Numbered from the stretch's first letter, positions 35,245-44,533 are shown. The stretch: 64,000 bases of DNA from Bacteroidales bacterium (GCA_046329925.1 JAXLTS010000010.1:51836-115835); one strand, 5' to 3'. Made by a program: numbers and translations. The notes: a model not told the origin generated them from the letters alone.

Positions 35245-36339
35245 TTATTTGCCCCTTAACTGCATGATGGGCCTCTCGTAAAATTTATAAAGCAGAGTTG
35301 AGCCGGCGATCACGATTACCCAATAACATATGTATTTGATTATTCCATCAATCTCGCTTGTCGGTGGAAAATTGTCACGTATTACCTCCGCAATTAATGC
35401 ATTATGCAAAAGGTACATGGAATAGGAAATTACACTCACATGAGTAACAGCCCTGGCAACAAAACCCTTGCCGGTTCTAATTCCTGCCGCCACCGGCAGA
35501 AGTAACATGGCTGAAAGAGGTGTTATGGAGAAACTGATCACCTGTTTATAGAATGTTGTGTTTGGCAGGCTGTAGTTAACGATAAAAAGTATCAAGGCAA
35601 TTCCAACAGCCAGGCTCACAAATTCGGATTTTTTCCAAAAGGCGGGGAAGTAGTAATAAAGCCATGCAGCCAGGAGACCAAAAGCGATACTATCCAGTCG
35701 TGCCAGAACAATTTTACGGATAGTTACATCATACCAGAAATTATCGATTGAAGGGTTAAAGTTCCATATCCGGTAGATAACCGGAAGCAGAATCATTAAA
35801 AGGGTCACCAGCAGGAAAGATTTTTTAGGACTCAGAAATTTCAGGAATACCAATAAAAGCAGCGGGGAGGTAATATAAAACCACTCCTCGACGGTTAAAC
35901 TCCATGACTCCCAGAAAAAATCATAAAATGGTTTTGAAAAATTCTGCAGGAAGAGTAAAAACTTCCAATTGAATTGTTCAATATCTTCATGAATAATTCC
36001 AAAATAAATGATCAGGTAATTGGCCAATAGAATAAGGTAGTAGTTTGGCAAGGTCCGCAACCACCTTCTTTTCCAGAATCTGGCTAATCCTTTGAATCCG
36101 AAATGTGCTTCTGAATTTATTTCTTTAAGAAGAATACCACCTATCAGGAACCCGCTTAGAACGAAAAACAAATCAACCCCGTCAATCATTCTGAAATATG
36201 GGAATCCTTCCAGCCATGTATTTTTCAACAAAAAACTCCCATGGCCAATAACCACCAGGATAATTGCAGCTGCCCGGATAATATCCAGTCCAAAAACACG
36301 ATTTGATTCCCGGACTTTGTCAATACTCATTTTCATCAC
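35245..36339 (-). CDS. acyltransferase family 3 membrane protein
   Basis: 364 aa. It has the N-terminal GLDIIRAAAIILVVIGH motif and about 10 hydrophobic helices. Confidence 0.85.
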   Translation of the reverse strand: MMKMSIDKVRESNRVFGLDIIRAAAIILVVIGHGSFLLKNTWLEGFPYFRMIDGVDLFFVLSGFLIGGILLKEINSEAHFGFKGLARFWKRRWLRTLPNYYLILLANYLIIYFGIIHEDIEQFNWKFLLFLQNFSKPFYDFFWESWSLTVEEWFYITSPLLLLVFLKFLSPKKSFLLVTLLMILLPVIYRIWNFNPSIDNFWYDVTIRKIVLARLDSIAFGLLAAWLYYYFPAFWKKSEFVSLAVGIALILFIVNYSLPNTTFYKQVISFSITPLSAMLLLPVAAGIRTGKGFVARAVTHVSVISYSMYLLHNALIAEVIRDNFPPTSEIDGIIKYICYWVIVIAGSTLLYKFYERPIMQLRGK

Positions 36340-36701
36340 TTGTCATTACAAATGGAATAGGCATGGATTTTAGGGTTCTGCAGAAACAGTAGCGCAAATT
36401 AGTTCCTGCAAACCAAAACTGGCATGTATTGCCAAATATATTAATAATACGGCTATTGGTAGCACCCCGATTCCACCACCTACATTTCTCATTTATGCAG
36501 GTTACCGATAGTTGGCAGTACACCGCCTGAGGAGGGAGTATCTTCCGGATATTTAAAGCCACTTCAGGCGAAACGAATTTCTATTGGGTTACCTGCGGTG
36601 AGGGTTGGGCATCCTCTCAAAAGCCTTGATTCGCTTCGCTCATCCCAGGACTTTTTTTATTACAGCCCGCTTCGGACTGAAAAAGTCCGGCGGGCTGTAA
36701 T

Positions 36702-36729
36702 AAAAAAAGCCCTGCACTTCGTGCAAGGC
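36702..36729 (-). terminator. rho-independent terminator after tRNA-Val(TAC)
   Basis: The minus strand reads GCCTTGCAC-GAA-GTGCAGGGC followed by TTTTTTT, starting 6 nt after the tRNA 3' end. Confidence 0.7.
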
Positions 36730-36734
36730 TTTTG

Positions 36735-36809
36735 TGGGAACTGCTGGGTTCGAACCAGCGACCCCCTGCTTGTAAGGCAGGTGCTCTGAACCAGCTGAGC
36801 TAAGCTCCC
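36735..36809 (-). tRNA. tRNA-Val (anticodon TAC)
   Basis: I folded a 75-nt cloverleaf by hand. The acceptor is GGGAGCT/AGTTCCC, the D arm is GCTC...GAGC, and the anticodon stem is CCTGC/GCAGG with loop CTTACAA. The T arm is GCTGG-TTCGAAC-CCAGC. The discriminator is A and no CCA is encoded. Confidence 0.9.
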
Positions 36810-36832
36810 ATTTTTCATTCAAAACGGAGTGC

Positions 36833-36863
36833 AAATATAGAGGTCTATTTCAATTCTGCAAAA
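36833..36863 (-). promoter_or_regulatory. Bacteroidota-type promoter of tRNA-Val(TAC)
   Basis: The minus strand reads TTTG (36860-36863), 19 nt, then TATATTTG (36833-36840). This matches the -33 TTTG / -7 TAnnTTTG consensus. The box ends 23 nt before the mature tRNA 5' end. Confidence 0.55.
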
Positions 36864-37039
36864 AAAAAGTCTGCGTATTTGATAAATCGAGGTTATCTAA
36901 CTAATATACTTGCATTTAGATGAATGTCAAATATCTTTATTTTTGTTTTACCTTTATGCTACTCACATTAATTTATTTGAATCGCCAATTAGCAATGCAC
37001 TGTAAATAACCAATCAGTTTATTAAAACCCTGCTATACC

Positions 37040-39217
37040 ATGAAACGAATACTCTCCTTCTCACTCGCCCTGTTCAGCAGTATATTGCTCATCGCACAGG
37101 CACCTGCTGCATTCAGGTACCAACTGATCCTGCGGAACAGCACCGGGGAACCGCTGGTATCACAAAACGTGAACTTCCGGATCTCTATCCTCCAGGGAGA
37201 GACCGTGGAATACCAGGAACTCCTCTCAGCCACCACCAATGCGTATGGTTTGGTGAACCTAACTATAGGCGCAGCCGGATCAACGGAATTGCCATCACTC
37301 AACTGGCAGGCTGGCAATCTCAGCCTCCGCACCGAGGCCGATCTATCCGGGGGTTCTGACTACCAATTGATTGGAAGCAGCCCCCTGCTTGCTGTTCCCT
37401 ATGCCTTTTATGCCAGCCAGAGCAATCCGGCAATCAACCCCGGTCCCTCCTATCCGGCCGATTCTGCCTTATTCAGCGTGAAAGACCGACAGGGCAACAT
37501 TGTTTTTGCCGTTTATGAGGATGGCGTGGAGGTTATCGCCAATGAAACTGCCAAGGGAGGCAGAGGTGGCTTTGCCGTCAGCGGCCGGAGTGCCTCAAAG
37601 GGCGCCGTTAATGAACTCATGTTTGTGACACCCGACAGCATCCGCTTCTATCTGGATAAACCTGTCGGAAAGGGCGGGCGTGGTGGTTTTGTTGTCGGTG
37701 GACGAACAGCTGCAAAAGGGGTAAGTAATGAGATACTCTCCCTGGAGTGGGACAGTGTGCGGGTGTATATTCCCCAGGATGCGGTAAAAGGCGGACGGGG
37801 CGGATTTGCCGTGGGCGGACGGCAAGCCGGCAAGAGCTGGAACAACGAATTCTTCAGGGTTACCCAGGATAGTGTGAAAATCTCACTGGAACCTGCAGTT
37901 GCAAAATCAGCTTCAGCAGGATTTATCGTATCACAAAGTTCCTCTCAGGACATCCTCCGGATGAATTACCTCAACACCAAAATCACAACAACCGATACCG
38001 TCGATTATTTCCAGGTTGGGAATAATTCCAAAGGTAGCCTCTCCAACATCATCGACCTGAACACCACCAACTACTTCATCGGGCACGAGAGCGGAAAAAA
38101 TATTATTAAGGTGAAAAAATTCGGCAATTACCCCGATCCTGCCACCCACAACGTGTTTATCGGTTACCAGGCAGGTAAGATGACCAGTTCGGCCAGTGAT
38201 AATGTATTCGTAGGTTACCAGGCCGGACTAGGTAACCAGTCAGGTAATGCCAATATCCACATCGGAAATCAGGCGGGAATAAGCTCCGGCGGTTCCTGGA
38301 ATGTCTTCCTGGGCAACCAGGCCGGGTACAGCAACCAGAATGGGCTGAGCAATATTTTTATTGGCGACATGACCGGATACAACCATACCGACGGGCATAA
38401 CAATATTTTCATGGGAAAAGAAGCAGGCTTCAGGGATCTTGCCTCCAATGGCAGTGTATATATCGGATCGAATGCCGGGTATAACCATGCAGGTGGAAAT
38501 GAAAACACATTTCTGGGTGTAAGCGCCGGGTATGGATCATCTTATATCGCAAGTTCCGGGGAGAATACCTACCTGGGTGCACTCACGGGTTTTGCCAATC
38601 CGGGATCGGGAAATACCTTTCTCGGTAACAGGGCTGGGATCTACTCGCAGTCCGGTGAGGGCAATGTGTATATTGGTCGTTATGCCGGTTACCGCACCAG
38701 CGGAAGTCATAATATCCTCATCGGCAGCAAGGCCAATTACAAGGACGGTATTACCAGCACTAATTTTTCGAATGTTATAGCCATCGGCGACAGTGTGCTC
38801 ATCACCGCCTCGAATGAGGTACGTCTGGGAAATAACAATAACAATGCGCTTTACAGCATGGCGGCCTATACCGGCACTACCACTGCAGCTCCAAATCTGA
38901 ATGTGAGTTCTGCAGGAAAAATCAGCCGATCCACAACAACGGTTGTAACAGGCAGCGCCTCCCTGGTGAAGGCATCGGTAGTGGCCGACGTTGGGAGCAT
39001 TAATGCAGGTGCTTCCGTTACCCAGACCTTTGCCGTTACCGGTGCAATAGTTGGATCCAGTGTGATTATCTCACCTGCCTCCGCACTCCCGGATGGGGTA
39101 ATTATCGCCTACGCCCGTGTTTCGGCTGCCGGAACTGTGGAAGCAAAGTTCTTTAATGGCACAACAGGAGCAGTAAATCCGGCGAGTATGACGTATTATA
39201 TTACGACGGTGTATTGA
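37040..39217 (+). CDS. exported repeat-rich fibre-like protein (GGRGGF repeats plus N-x-F-x-G-x-x-A-G repeats)
   Basis: 725 aa with a signal peptide (LFSSILLIAQA). Three full ~40-aa repeats and one degenerate repeat contain KGGRGGF(A/V)VGGR (nt ~37466-37940). At least 10 short repeats such as NVFIGYQAG, NVFVGYQAG, NIHIGNQAG, NVFLGNQAG and NIFIGDMTG follow (nt ~38070-38720). The C-terminal ~100 aa are Ig-like. There is no T9SS CTD. Confidence 0.7.
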   Translation: MKRILSFSLALFSSILLIAQAPAAFRYQLILRNSTGEPLVSQNVNFRISILQGETVEYQELLSATTNAYGLVNLTIGAAGSTELPSLNWQAGNLSLRTEADLSGGSDYQLIGSSPLLAVPYAFYASQSNPAINPGPSYPADSALFSVKDRQGNIVFAVYEDGVEVIANETAKGGRGGFAVSGRSASKGAVNELMFVTPDSIRFYLDKPVGKGGRGGFVVGGRTAAKGVSNEILSLEWDSVRVYIPQDAVKGGRGGFAVGGRQAGKSWNNEFFRVTQDSVKISLEPAVAKSASAGFIVSQSSSQDILRMNYLNTKITTTDTVDYFQVGNNSKGSLSNIIDLNTTNYFIGHESGKNIIKVKKFGNYPDPATHNVFIGYQAGKMTSSASDNVFVGYQAGLGNQSGNANIHIGNQAGISSGGSWNVFLGNQAGYSNQNGLSNIFIGDMTGYNHTDGHNNIFMGKEAGFRDLASNGSVYIGSNAGYNHAGGNENTFLGVSAGYGSSYIASSGENTYLGALTGFANPGSGNTFLGNRAGIYSQSGEGNVYIGRYAGYRTSGSHNILIGSKANYKDGITSTNFSNVIAIGDSVLITASNEVRLGNNNNNALYSMAAYTGTTTAAPNLNVSSAGKISRSTTTVVTGSASLVKASVVADVGSINAGASVTQTFAVTGAIVGSSVIISPASALPDGVIIAYARVSAAGTVEAKFFNGTTGAVNPASMTYYITTVY

Positions 39218-39230
39218 TTAAAAGCCTGCA

Positions 39231-39412
39231 CACAATCCAACTCACCCCCCTGCCCCCCTCTCTTTTCTGAAAGAGAGGGGGTATTCCAAATAATGATTAT
39301 TGTCTGTTAACAACCACAAATGTTCAATCCCTGCCGGTACCCCCTCTTTGCAGCAGCAGAGAGGGGGCAGGGGGGGGTGAGTCGCACTAATCGCTCGCAC
39401 AATTCTCCACGC
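39231..39412. repeat. G/C-hairpin mosaic repeat, unit 1 (complete, short form)
   Basis: Terminal inverted segments CCAACTCACCCCCCTGCCCCCCTCTC and GAGAGGGGGCAGGGGGGGGTGAGTCG enclose an AT-rich core. Two internal hairpins are present: CCCCCTCTCTTT-TCTG-AAAGAGAGGGGG and CCCCCTCT...AGAGGGGG. The tail reads GTGAGTCGCACTAA...GCACAATTCTC. Confidence 0.8.
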
Positions 39413-39653
39413 ATTTTATTCACTAGCTATTTTCTGAAAGAGAGGGGGAAATCCAAATAATGCCCTTTTCTCCAATTGAATCCACTAATGATCAATCTCT
39501 GCCGGTACCCCCTCTTTGCAGCAGCAGAGAGGGGAAGGGGGGGCCCGCCCGATCGACCGGTAATACCATGTTCAATTAATGAATAGTGAATCTTCCGATC
39601 GGGCGGGTGAGTCGATCGTAATTTAGACACATTTCACTTACAATTTTCCCGTC
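39413..39653. repeat. G/C-hairpin mosaic repeat, unit 2 (5'-truncated, with extra nested hairpin)
   Basis: It shares TTTTCTGAAAGAGAGGGGG, TCCAAATAATG, ATCCACTAATG, CTGCCGGTACCCCCTCTTTGCAGCAGCAGAGAGGGG and GGGCGGGTGAGTCG with the other units. It also carries the hairpin CCCGCCCGATCGACCGG...CCGATCGGGCGGG. Confidence 0.8.
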
Positions 39654-39896
39654 CACAGTCCAACTCATCCCTGCCCCTCTCTTTTCTGAAAGAGAGGGGA
39701 CAATCAAAATAATGAACTTATATCTAATAAAATCCACTAATGGTCATTCCCTGCCGGTACCCCCTCTTTGCAGCAGCAGAGAGGGGGGCAGGGGGGTTCG
39801 CCCGAACGACCGGTGGACCCAGATCCGATTAAATGGGCACTGAATAGTCCGGTCGGGCGGGTGAGTCGCACTAAACACAGGCACAATTCTCAAGTC
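39654..39896. repeat. G/C-hairpin mosaic repeat, unit 3 (complete, long form)
   Basis: It starts CACAGTCCAACTCATCCCTGCCCCTCTC (unit 1 starts CACAATCCAACTCACCCC...) and ends GGGCGGGTGAGTCGCACTAAACACAGGCACAATTCTC. It contains the same internal hairpins plus the CGCCCGAACGACCGG...CCGGTCGGGCGGG insertion. Confidence 0.8.
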
Positions 39897-40015
39897 TGAA
39901 AAAATTTAAAAAATATTCCCGGATTTTTATGAAAATCACAAAGCCCCGGCGTATGCCGGGGCCCTGTCTCAAACAAACTAACTAACCAAACTAACTAACT
40001 AAACCCCTAAAACTA

Positions 40016-40660
40016 TTATCTGAATTTCCCGAATTTCAATGAAGTGGTAAAATTGGCACCATTGAGAACGGTGGAGCGGACGTCCTGAAATTCGATCCCC
40101 TTTGTACAGCGATAGCTGACTCCCATCCCAAAGCGCATGAATCGAAATACATTTACCTCCAGCTGAACTCCCGGCTCGAAGACCAGAAAAGCATCGGTAT
40201 CCAGAACCTTGCGGTGGTAATCCAGTTCATCCTCATCCCATTCCGGAAAAAGTTCGCTGGAGGTATACGAGGCTCCACCAAGTGCAAAAAGCATGGGAAA
40301 ACTGAGATGAAAAGGCTGGTTCCCCGAGAGCTTCGGTTCCACAAGCAGACCGGCATAGCCTCCTTCCATATAGGCACCATCCCCATTGTATGCTTCCCCA
40401 AAATAGAGTTCATCATCACCGCGGGTTAATCCGTGAGCACGAAACCCAATGGACAGCTGATTGTCTGCCGTTACACCAAAACCAAAGCCAGGTGCTGCCA
40501 GCGTACTGTTATCAGTTTGCCCATAACTGGCAGGAAATTCAACATACCAGCCTGTAGTGCCCTTATCGCGGCCGAAGAGGGTTTGTGCAGATTCATCATC
40601 CTGTGCAACGAGTGTGAGAGGTAATGCGAGTGCTGTAAAAAATGTGACCAGTGTTTTCAT
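40016..40660 (-). CDS. outer-membrane beta-barrel (OMP_b-brl-like) protein
   Basis: The start is set at Met14 (MKTLVTFFTALALPLTLVAQ). The ~214-aa product has an alternating hydrophobic/Gly-rich strand pattern. Confidence 0.65.
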   Translation of the reverse strand: MKTLVTFFTALALPLTLVAQDDESAQTLFGRDKGTTGWYVEFPASYGQTDNSTLAAPGFGFGVTADNQLSIGFRAHGLTRGDDELYFGEAYNGDGAYMEGGYAGLLVEPKLSGNQPFHLSFPMLFALGGASYTSSELFPEWDEDELDYHRKVLDTDAFLVFEPGVQLEVNVFRFMRFGMGVSYRCTKGIEFQDVRSTVLNGANFTTSLKFGKFR

Positions 40661-40929
40661 GAGTTTTTGTGTTTTGTGATTGATGAGGCAAACATACACT
40701 GGATACTACCCCCTGACGAATAAAAACAGGTGAATGACCTCTTTTGGTGACCGGATGACGATTAATGAATCCCGGAGGGCTTTTAAAACATACCTGATTT
40801 TTTTTTATTTTTAAAACCTGTGGCATACCTTGCACCAGGGTTTGGTATATGATGAATACCGAATTATATATCTGCCATTAGAATTTGAACGTGCATCCCA
40901 AAAAGCCTTTTATGTTGAATTATCCCAGT

Positions 40930-43713
40930 ATGAAATATATAGTCTGCGCGGCTTACCTATTTATTACTTCCATTTCGGCCCATTCCCAGGAAACAGGCTA
41001 TGTCATTTCTGCACCGGCAGGTGAAAGGTACACCAGCATAAACCGGGAGGGTGAGACGGTGATCCCCAATGGCCGGCTCATCAGCCCTTCAGGCCGGTGC
41101 TACACAGTTGCCCCGCATCCATACGGTCTTGCACTTAGTCATGATGGATCAATCGCCATCACGGCCAACTCAGGAACTTCACCATTGGCCATCACCATAA
41201 TTGAAAACCTGACTAGTCAGAATCCGTTGATCCGCCAGGTACCACCGGGAGCTTCAACCGACAAGGGCGTGCTGGCCTCGGTTTTCATGGGACTTGCTGT
41301 ATCGCCCGATAACAGGGTGGTGTATGTGGCCGGAGGACAGGAAAATAAAGTCTTTCTCTTCAGTATAGCCGAAGGAAAAAAGATCGATTCGATCGATTGC
41401 AGCTATTCCGGAGGATCAGATGATTACAGTCACGGGTATATAGGAGACCTGGTACTCAGCCGCGATGGATCCAGACTCTATGCTGTGGACCAGATCGGAT
41501 TCCGCATGATTATCATGGATACCCGGCTGAAAAAAGTACTGCATAATGTTCCGGTAGGAAGGTACCCCTTTGGAATTGCCTTGTCACCGGATGAACAAAC
41601 CGTGTATGTTGCCAATGTTGGAATGTACAAATACAGCCATATCCTCCGGAAGAAAAAAGAAAAATGGGAAAAAGGCTCAGTGGATTTCCCTGCATTTGCT
41701 TACGAATCGGAAGAAGCTGAGGAGGGAATAATGAACGATTCAGTCCGTATTCCCGGTCTGGGACCCGTGAATTCGGATGAATCATTTTCGGTTTGGGCTA
41801 TTGATCTGACTAAAAGAGACAAGCCCCGTGTCACTGCCAGAATAAAAACAGGTACCCTCGTTGGACAGGTGGTAGAGGGATTTCCCGCTGTGGGAGGCTC
41901 CAGCCCGAATTCGATTGTCGCTGTGAAGGACTATGTGTTCATCAGCAACGGGTCGAACGACAATATCACGGTTCTTGATGCACGGAAAAAGAAAATAATC
42001 AGGCACATAAGCCTCTGTCCTGATAAACGGATTGCACATTTGCGGGGTATCATTCCCTTTGGTCTTGATGCCTCTCCGGATGGAAACCGGGTGTACGTGG
42101 CAGAGGCGGGAATAAATGCCATAGCCGTGATTGATGTTCCAAGTCTTACAGTAAAAGGTCATATTCCCGCCGGGTGGTTCCCTGCAAAAATAAAGGTAGC
42201 TCCCGGCGACAAGCAACTGGTGGTGGCAAATGCCAAAGGATTCGGAAGCGGCCCAAATGCAGGAACCGATTTCCGCATGGGACCTGAAGGAAGTTATATC
42301 GGCAACCTGATGAAAGGTACGGTGGAAGTGCTGGATATTCCCAATGATGCAGAACTAAAAAATCTGACTGAGAAGGTGATCCGAAATAACTTTCTCATGA
42401 AAGAAGTGAATGACTCCCTGATAAAACAGCGGGCGGGAAACCCTGTTCCCCTCTATGCAGGACTGGGCTCCTCCCCTGTTAAACACCTCATTTTTATCTC
42501 CAAGGAAAACAGAACCTACGATGAGGTATTCGGGCAACTGGAGGGTGGAAACGGAGATCCTGATTTGGCACGCTACGGATGGGACGTAAGCCTGCCTTCG
42601 GGTGATTCAGCCATCCGGGCACGTAAATTTACCGTAGCGCCCAATCACCTTCAACTGGCCAGGGAATTCAGCATCAGTGACAATTTCTATGTGGATGCGG
42701 ATGTCTCAGCCGACGGACATCGCTGGCTTGTAAACACCTATCCGAATGAGTGGGTAGAGGCTACCACTCCTGCCAATTATGGAAGCAACCGCGATTATCG
42801 CGATCATTCGCAGGCTCCAGGAAACCTTGGAATAAACGGGGCTGCCGGGGCTATTTACCCGGAAGACTATAATGAATCGGGATCGATGTGGGATCATCTG
42901 GCCAGACATGCAGTTCCTTACTACAATTTTGGTTTCAGCGTGATGTTCGAACCTGCCGATTACCAGGACTCATACAAATATGGTGGAGTAAAGCAGGTAG
43001 CTAATTTCCCTCTGCCTGCCACACTTTTCGATAATTCATCCCGCATTTATCCCACTTACAACATGGCCATACCGGATCAGTTCCGTGTTGATCTCTTCAT
43101 GCGCGAGTTTGACGAAAAGTGGGGCCCGGGAAAAGACAGCCTGCCCTCGCTGCTCACCGTGATCCTTCCCAATGATCATGGTGCAGGCTTGAGGCCTGAG
43201 GCCGGATACCCTTTCCGCTCAAGCTATATGGCAGATAACGACCTTGCAGTGGGACGCATCGTGGAATTCCTCTCACATACCCCCTACTGGAAAAACATGG
43301 CCATTGTGATCACGGAGGATGATGCCCAGGGCGGGGTGGACCATGTCGATGCTCACCGAAGCATACTCATGGTCATTTCACCTTACGTCAAAAGAGGATA
43401 TGTAAGCCATACTCATGCCAGCTTCGGAAGTATTTTCAAAACCTTCTGGAATATCCTGGGTTTGCCCTGCCTAAACCAGTATGATGCAGGTGCCACCGAC
43501 CTGGCAGACTGTTTCACTGGTAAGCCTGACTTCCGTCCATACCGTGCCTTACCGGTGGACAGTATCCTTTTCGATCCTGTGAAAGCGCTGGATCCCCTGG
43601 ATGAAAAGTTCGACTGGAAGGAACTAAAGCAGGGCCCGGATATCGATAATCCCACCGACATGCTTCGTGAAAGCAAGGAACAGGATGAATGGAGAAAACA
43701 GGATCAGAAATGA
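40930..43713 (+). CDS. bifunctional YncE-like beta-propeller / phosphoesterase (PLC-AcpA family) protein, exported
   Basis: The start is set at Met16 (MKYIVCAAYLFITSISAHSQ). Propeller repeats include SPDNRVVYVAGG, SRDGSRLYAVD, SPDEQTVYVAN and SPDGNRVYVAE. The C-terminal phosphoesterase motifs are ISKENRTYDEVFG, LPNDHG and ITEDDAQGGVDHVDAHRS. Confidence 0.8.
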   Translation: MKYIVCAAYLFITSISAHSQETGYVISAPAGERYTSINREGETVIPNGRLISPSGRCYTVAPHPYGLALSHDGSIAITANSGTSPLAITIIENLTSQNPLIRQVPPGASTDKGVLASVFMGLAVSPDNRVVYVAGGQENKVFLFSIAEGKKIDSIDCSYSGGSDDYSHGYIGDLVLSRDGSRLYAVDQIGFRMIIMDTRLKKVLHNVPVGRYPFGIALSPDEQTVYVANVGMYKYSHILRKKKEKWEKGSVDFPAFAYESEEAEEGIMNDSVRIPGLGPVNSDESFSVWAIDLTKRDKPRVTARIKTGTLVGQVVEGFPAVGGSSPNSIVAVKDYVFISNGSNDNITVLDARKKKIIRHISLCPDKRIAHLRGIIPFGLDASPDGNRVYVAEAGINAIAVIDVPSLTVKGHIPAGWFPAKIKVAPGDKQLVVANAKGFGSGPNAGTDFRMGPEGSYIGNLMKGTVEVLDIPNDAELKNLTEKVIRNNFLMKEVNDSLIKQRAGNPVPLYAGLGSSPVKHLIFISKENRTYDEVFGQLEGGNGDPDLARYGWDVSLPSGDSAIRARKFTVAPNHLQLAREFSISDNFYVDADVSADGHRWLVNTYPNEWVEATTPANYGSNRDYRDHSQAPGNLGINGAAGAIYPEDYNESGSMWDHLARHAVPYYNFGFSVMFEPADYQDSYKYGGVKQVANFPLPATLFDNSSRIYPTYNMAIPDQFRVDLFMREFDEKWGPGKDSLPSLLTVILPNDHGAGLRPEAGYPFRSSYMADNDLAVGRIVEFLSHTPYWKNMAIVITEDDAQGGVDHVDAHRSILMVISPYVKRGYVSHTHASFGSIFKTFWNILGLPCLNQYDAGATDLADCFTGKPDFRPYRALPVDSILFDPVKALDPLDEKFDWKELKQGPDIDNPTDMLRESKEQDEWRKQDQK

Positions 43714-43720
43714 TCCTGGC

Positions 43721-44533
43721 TCAATAATACGTATACTGCCGTTCACAAAAATAAGTCAGGATACCGCCTCTGGATATCTCTGCAGTAATCCAGTTTCCGG
43801 ATTCGTCATAGGTGTAAACCAATTCAAATTTTTCTGAAGGATTCCCCTTGCTTTCCATCAGCTGTGTTTCATAAAAACCTTTGTCATTATAAATCTGTGT
43901 GGACCTGAACTGGAAACTGTCGGGCGGAGCGTAGAAGGTGTTGGTAAGGATCCTCCCACCCGGATCCCGTGTAATAATCCGTCTGTCGCGTAGTTCACCA
44001 TTGGGCCGCTGACGTACGATCGTGGTATAACGCCCCCTGGAATCATTGCTGATCACGAACCGGTTGATTACTGTATCGGTCGCTGGTGTGTATTGATCCA
44101 GCTGGGTTAAGAAATTATGTGTATCATAGGTGAATTTAACATACGACCGGAGGGTATCTATTTTGAAATATTCTCCCTTGATCCATTGTAAATTCTCCGC
44201 GGTAAATTTCCAGTTATCCACCACATCCCCGTTTTCATCAAGCAGCTGGCAGGATGCAAGCAAACCGTTTTCATCGAACTCAGCCCTGAAGTCGTAAGAG
44301 TAGCCCAGGCTGTCGCGCTCGCGGGTGGTCACCTTTTTCCCTTTCACAACCTTACCGTCCTCCATGCCTGCCCAGTAAAGATTTTCATTCACCGATTTCA
44401 CCCTTCCGTGCAATGTTTCACCCAAAAAAGCATAGGGTGTGAATAAATCAAGAAGGACATTATTCTCGGGAATTTTCTCTGTGCAACTGCTCAGAAAAAG
44501 ACATGTCGCAACTAATACAGATACTTTTCTCAT
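43721..44533 (-). CDS. hypothetical lipoprotein
   Basis: 270 aa with the lipobox FLSSC. It is beta-rich and I recognise no family. Confidence 0.6.
   Translation of the reverse strand: MRKVSVLVATCLFLSSCTEKIPENNVLLDLFTPYAFLGETLHGRVKSVNENLYWAGMEDGKVVKGKKVTTRERDSLGYSYDFRAEFDENGLLASCQLLDENGDVVDNWKFTAENLQWIKGEYFKIDTLRSYVKFTYDTHNFLTQLDQYTPATDTVINRFVISNDSRGRYTTIVRQRPNGELRDRRIITRDPGGRILTNTFYAPPDSFQFRSTQIYNDKGFYETQLMESKGNPSEKFELVYTYDESGNWITAEISRGGILTYFCERQYTYY

Noticed and set aside
36676-36696. AAAGTCCGGCGGGC resembles the RNase P RNA P4 motif GAGGAAAGTCCGGGC.
   Set aside because: The match is partial and the segment is simply one arm of a perfect local palindrome. No other RNase P conserved regions are nearby.
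36598-36834. Small ORFs 36598-36789 (+) and 36640-36834 (-).
   Set aside because: They overlap the tRNA-Val gene and its terminator hairpins.
39427-39630. 67-aa ORF inside repeat unit 2.
   Set aside because: It lies entirely within the palindromic G/C-rich repeat blocks. Equivalent frames are broken in units 1 and 3.
39231-39896. Possible CRISPR array.
   Set aside because: The units are 180-240 bp and internally palindromic with unequal lengths. They are contiguous with no unique spacers, and no cas genes are in the window.
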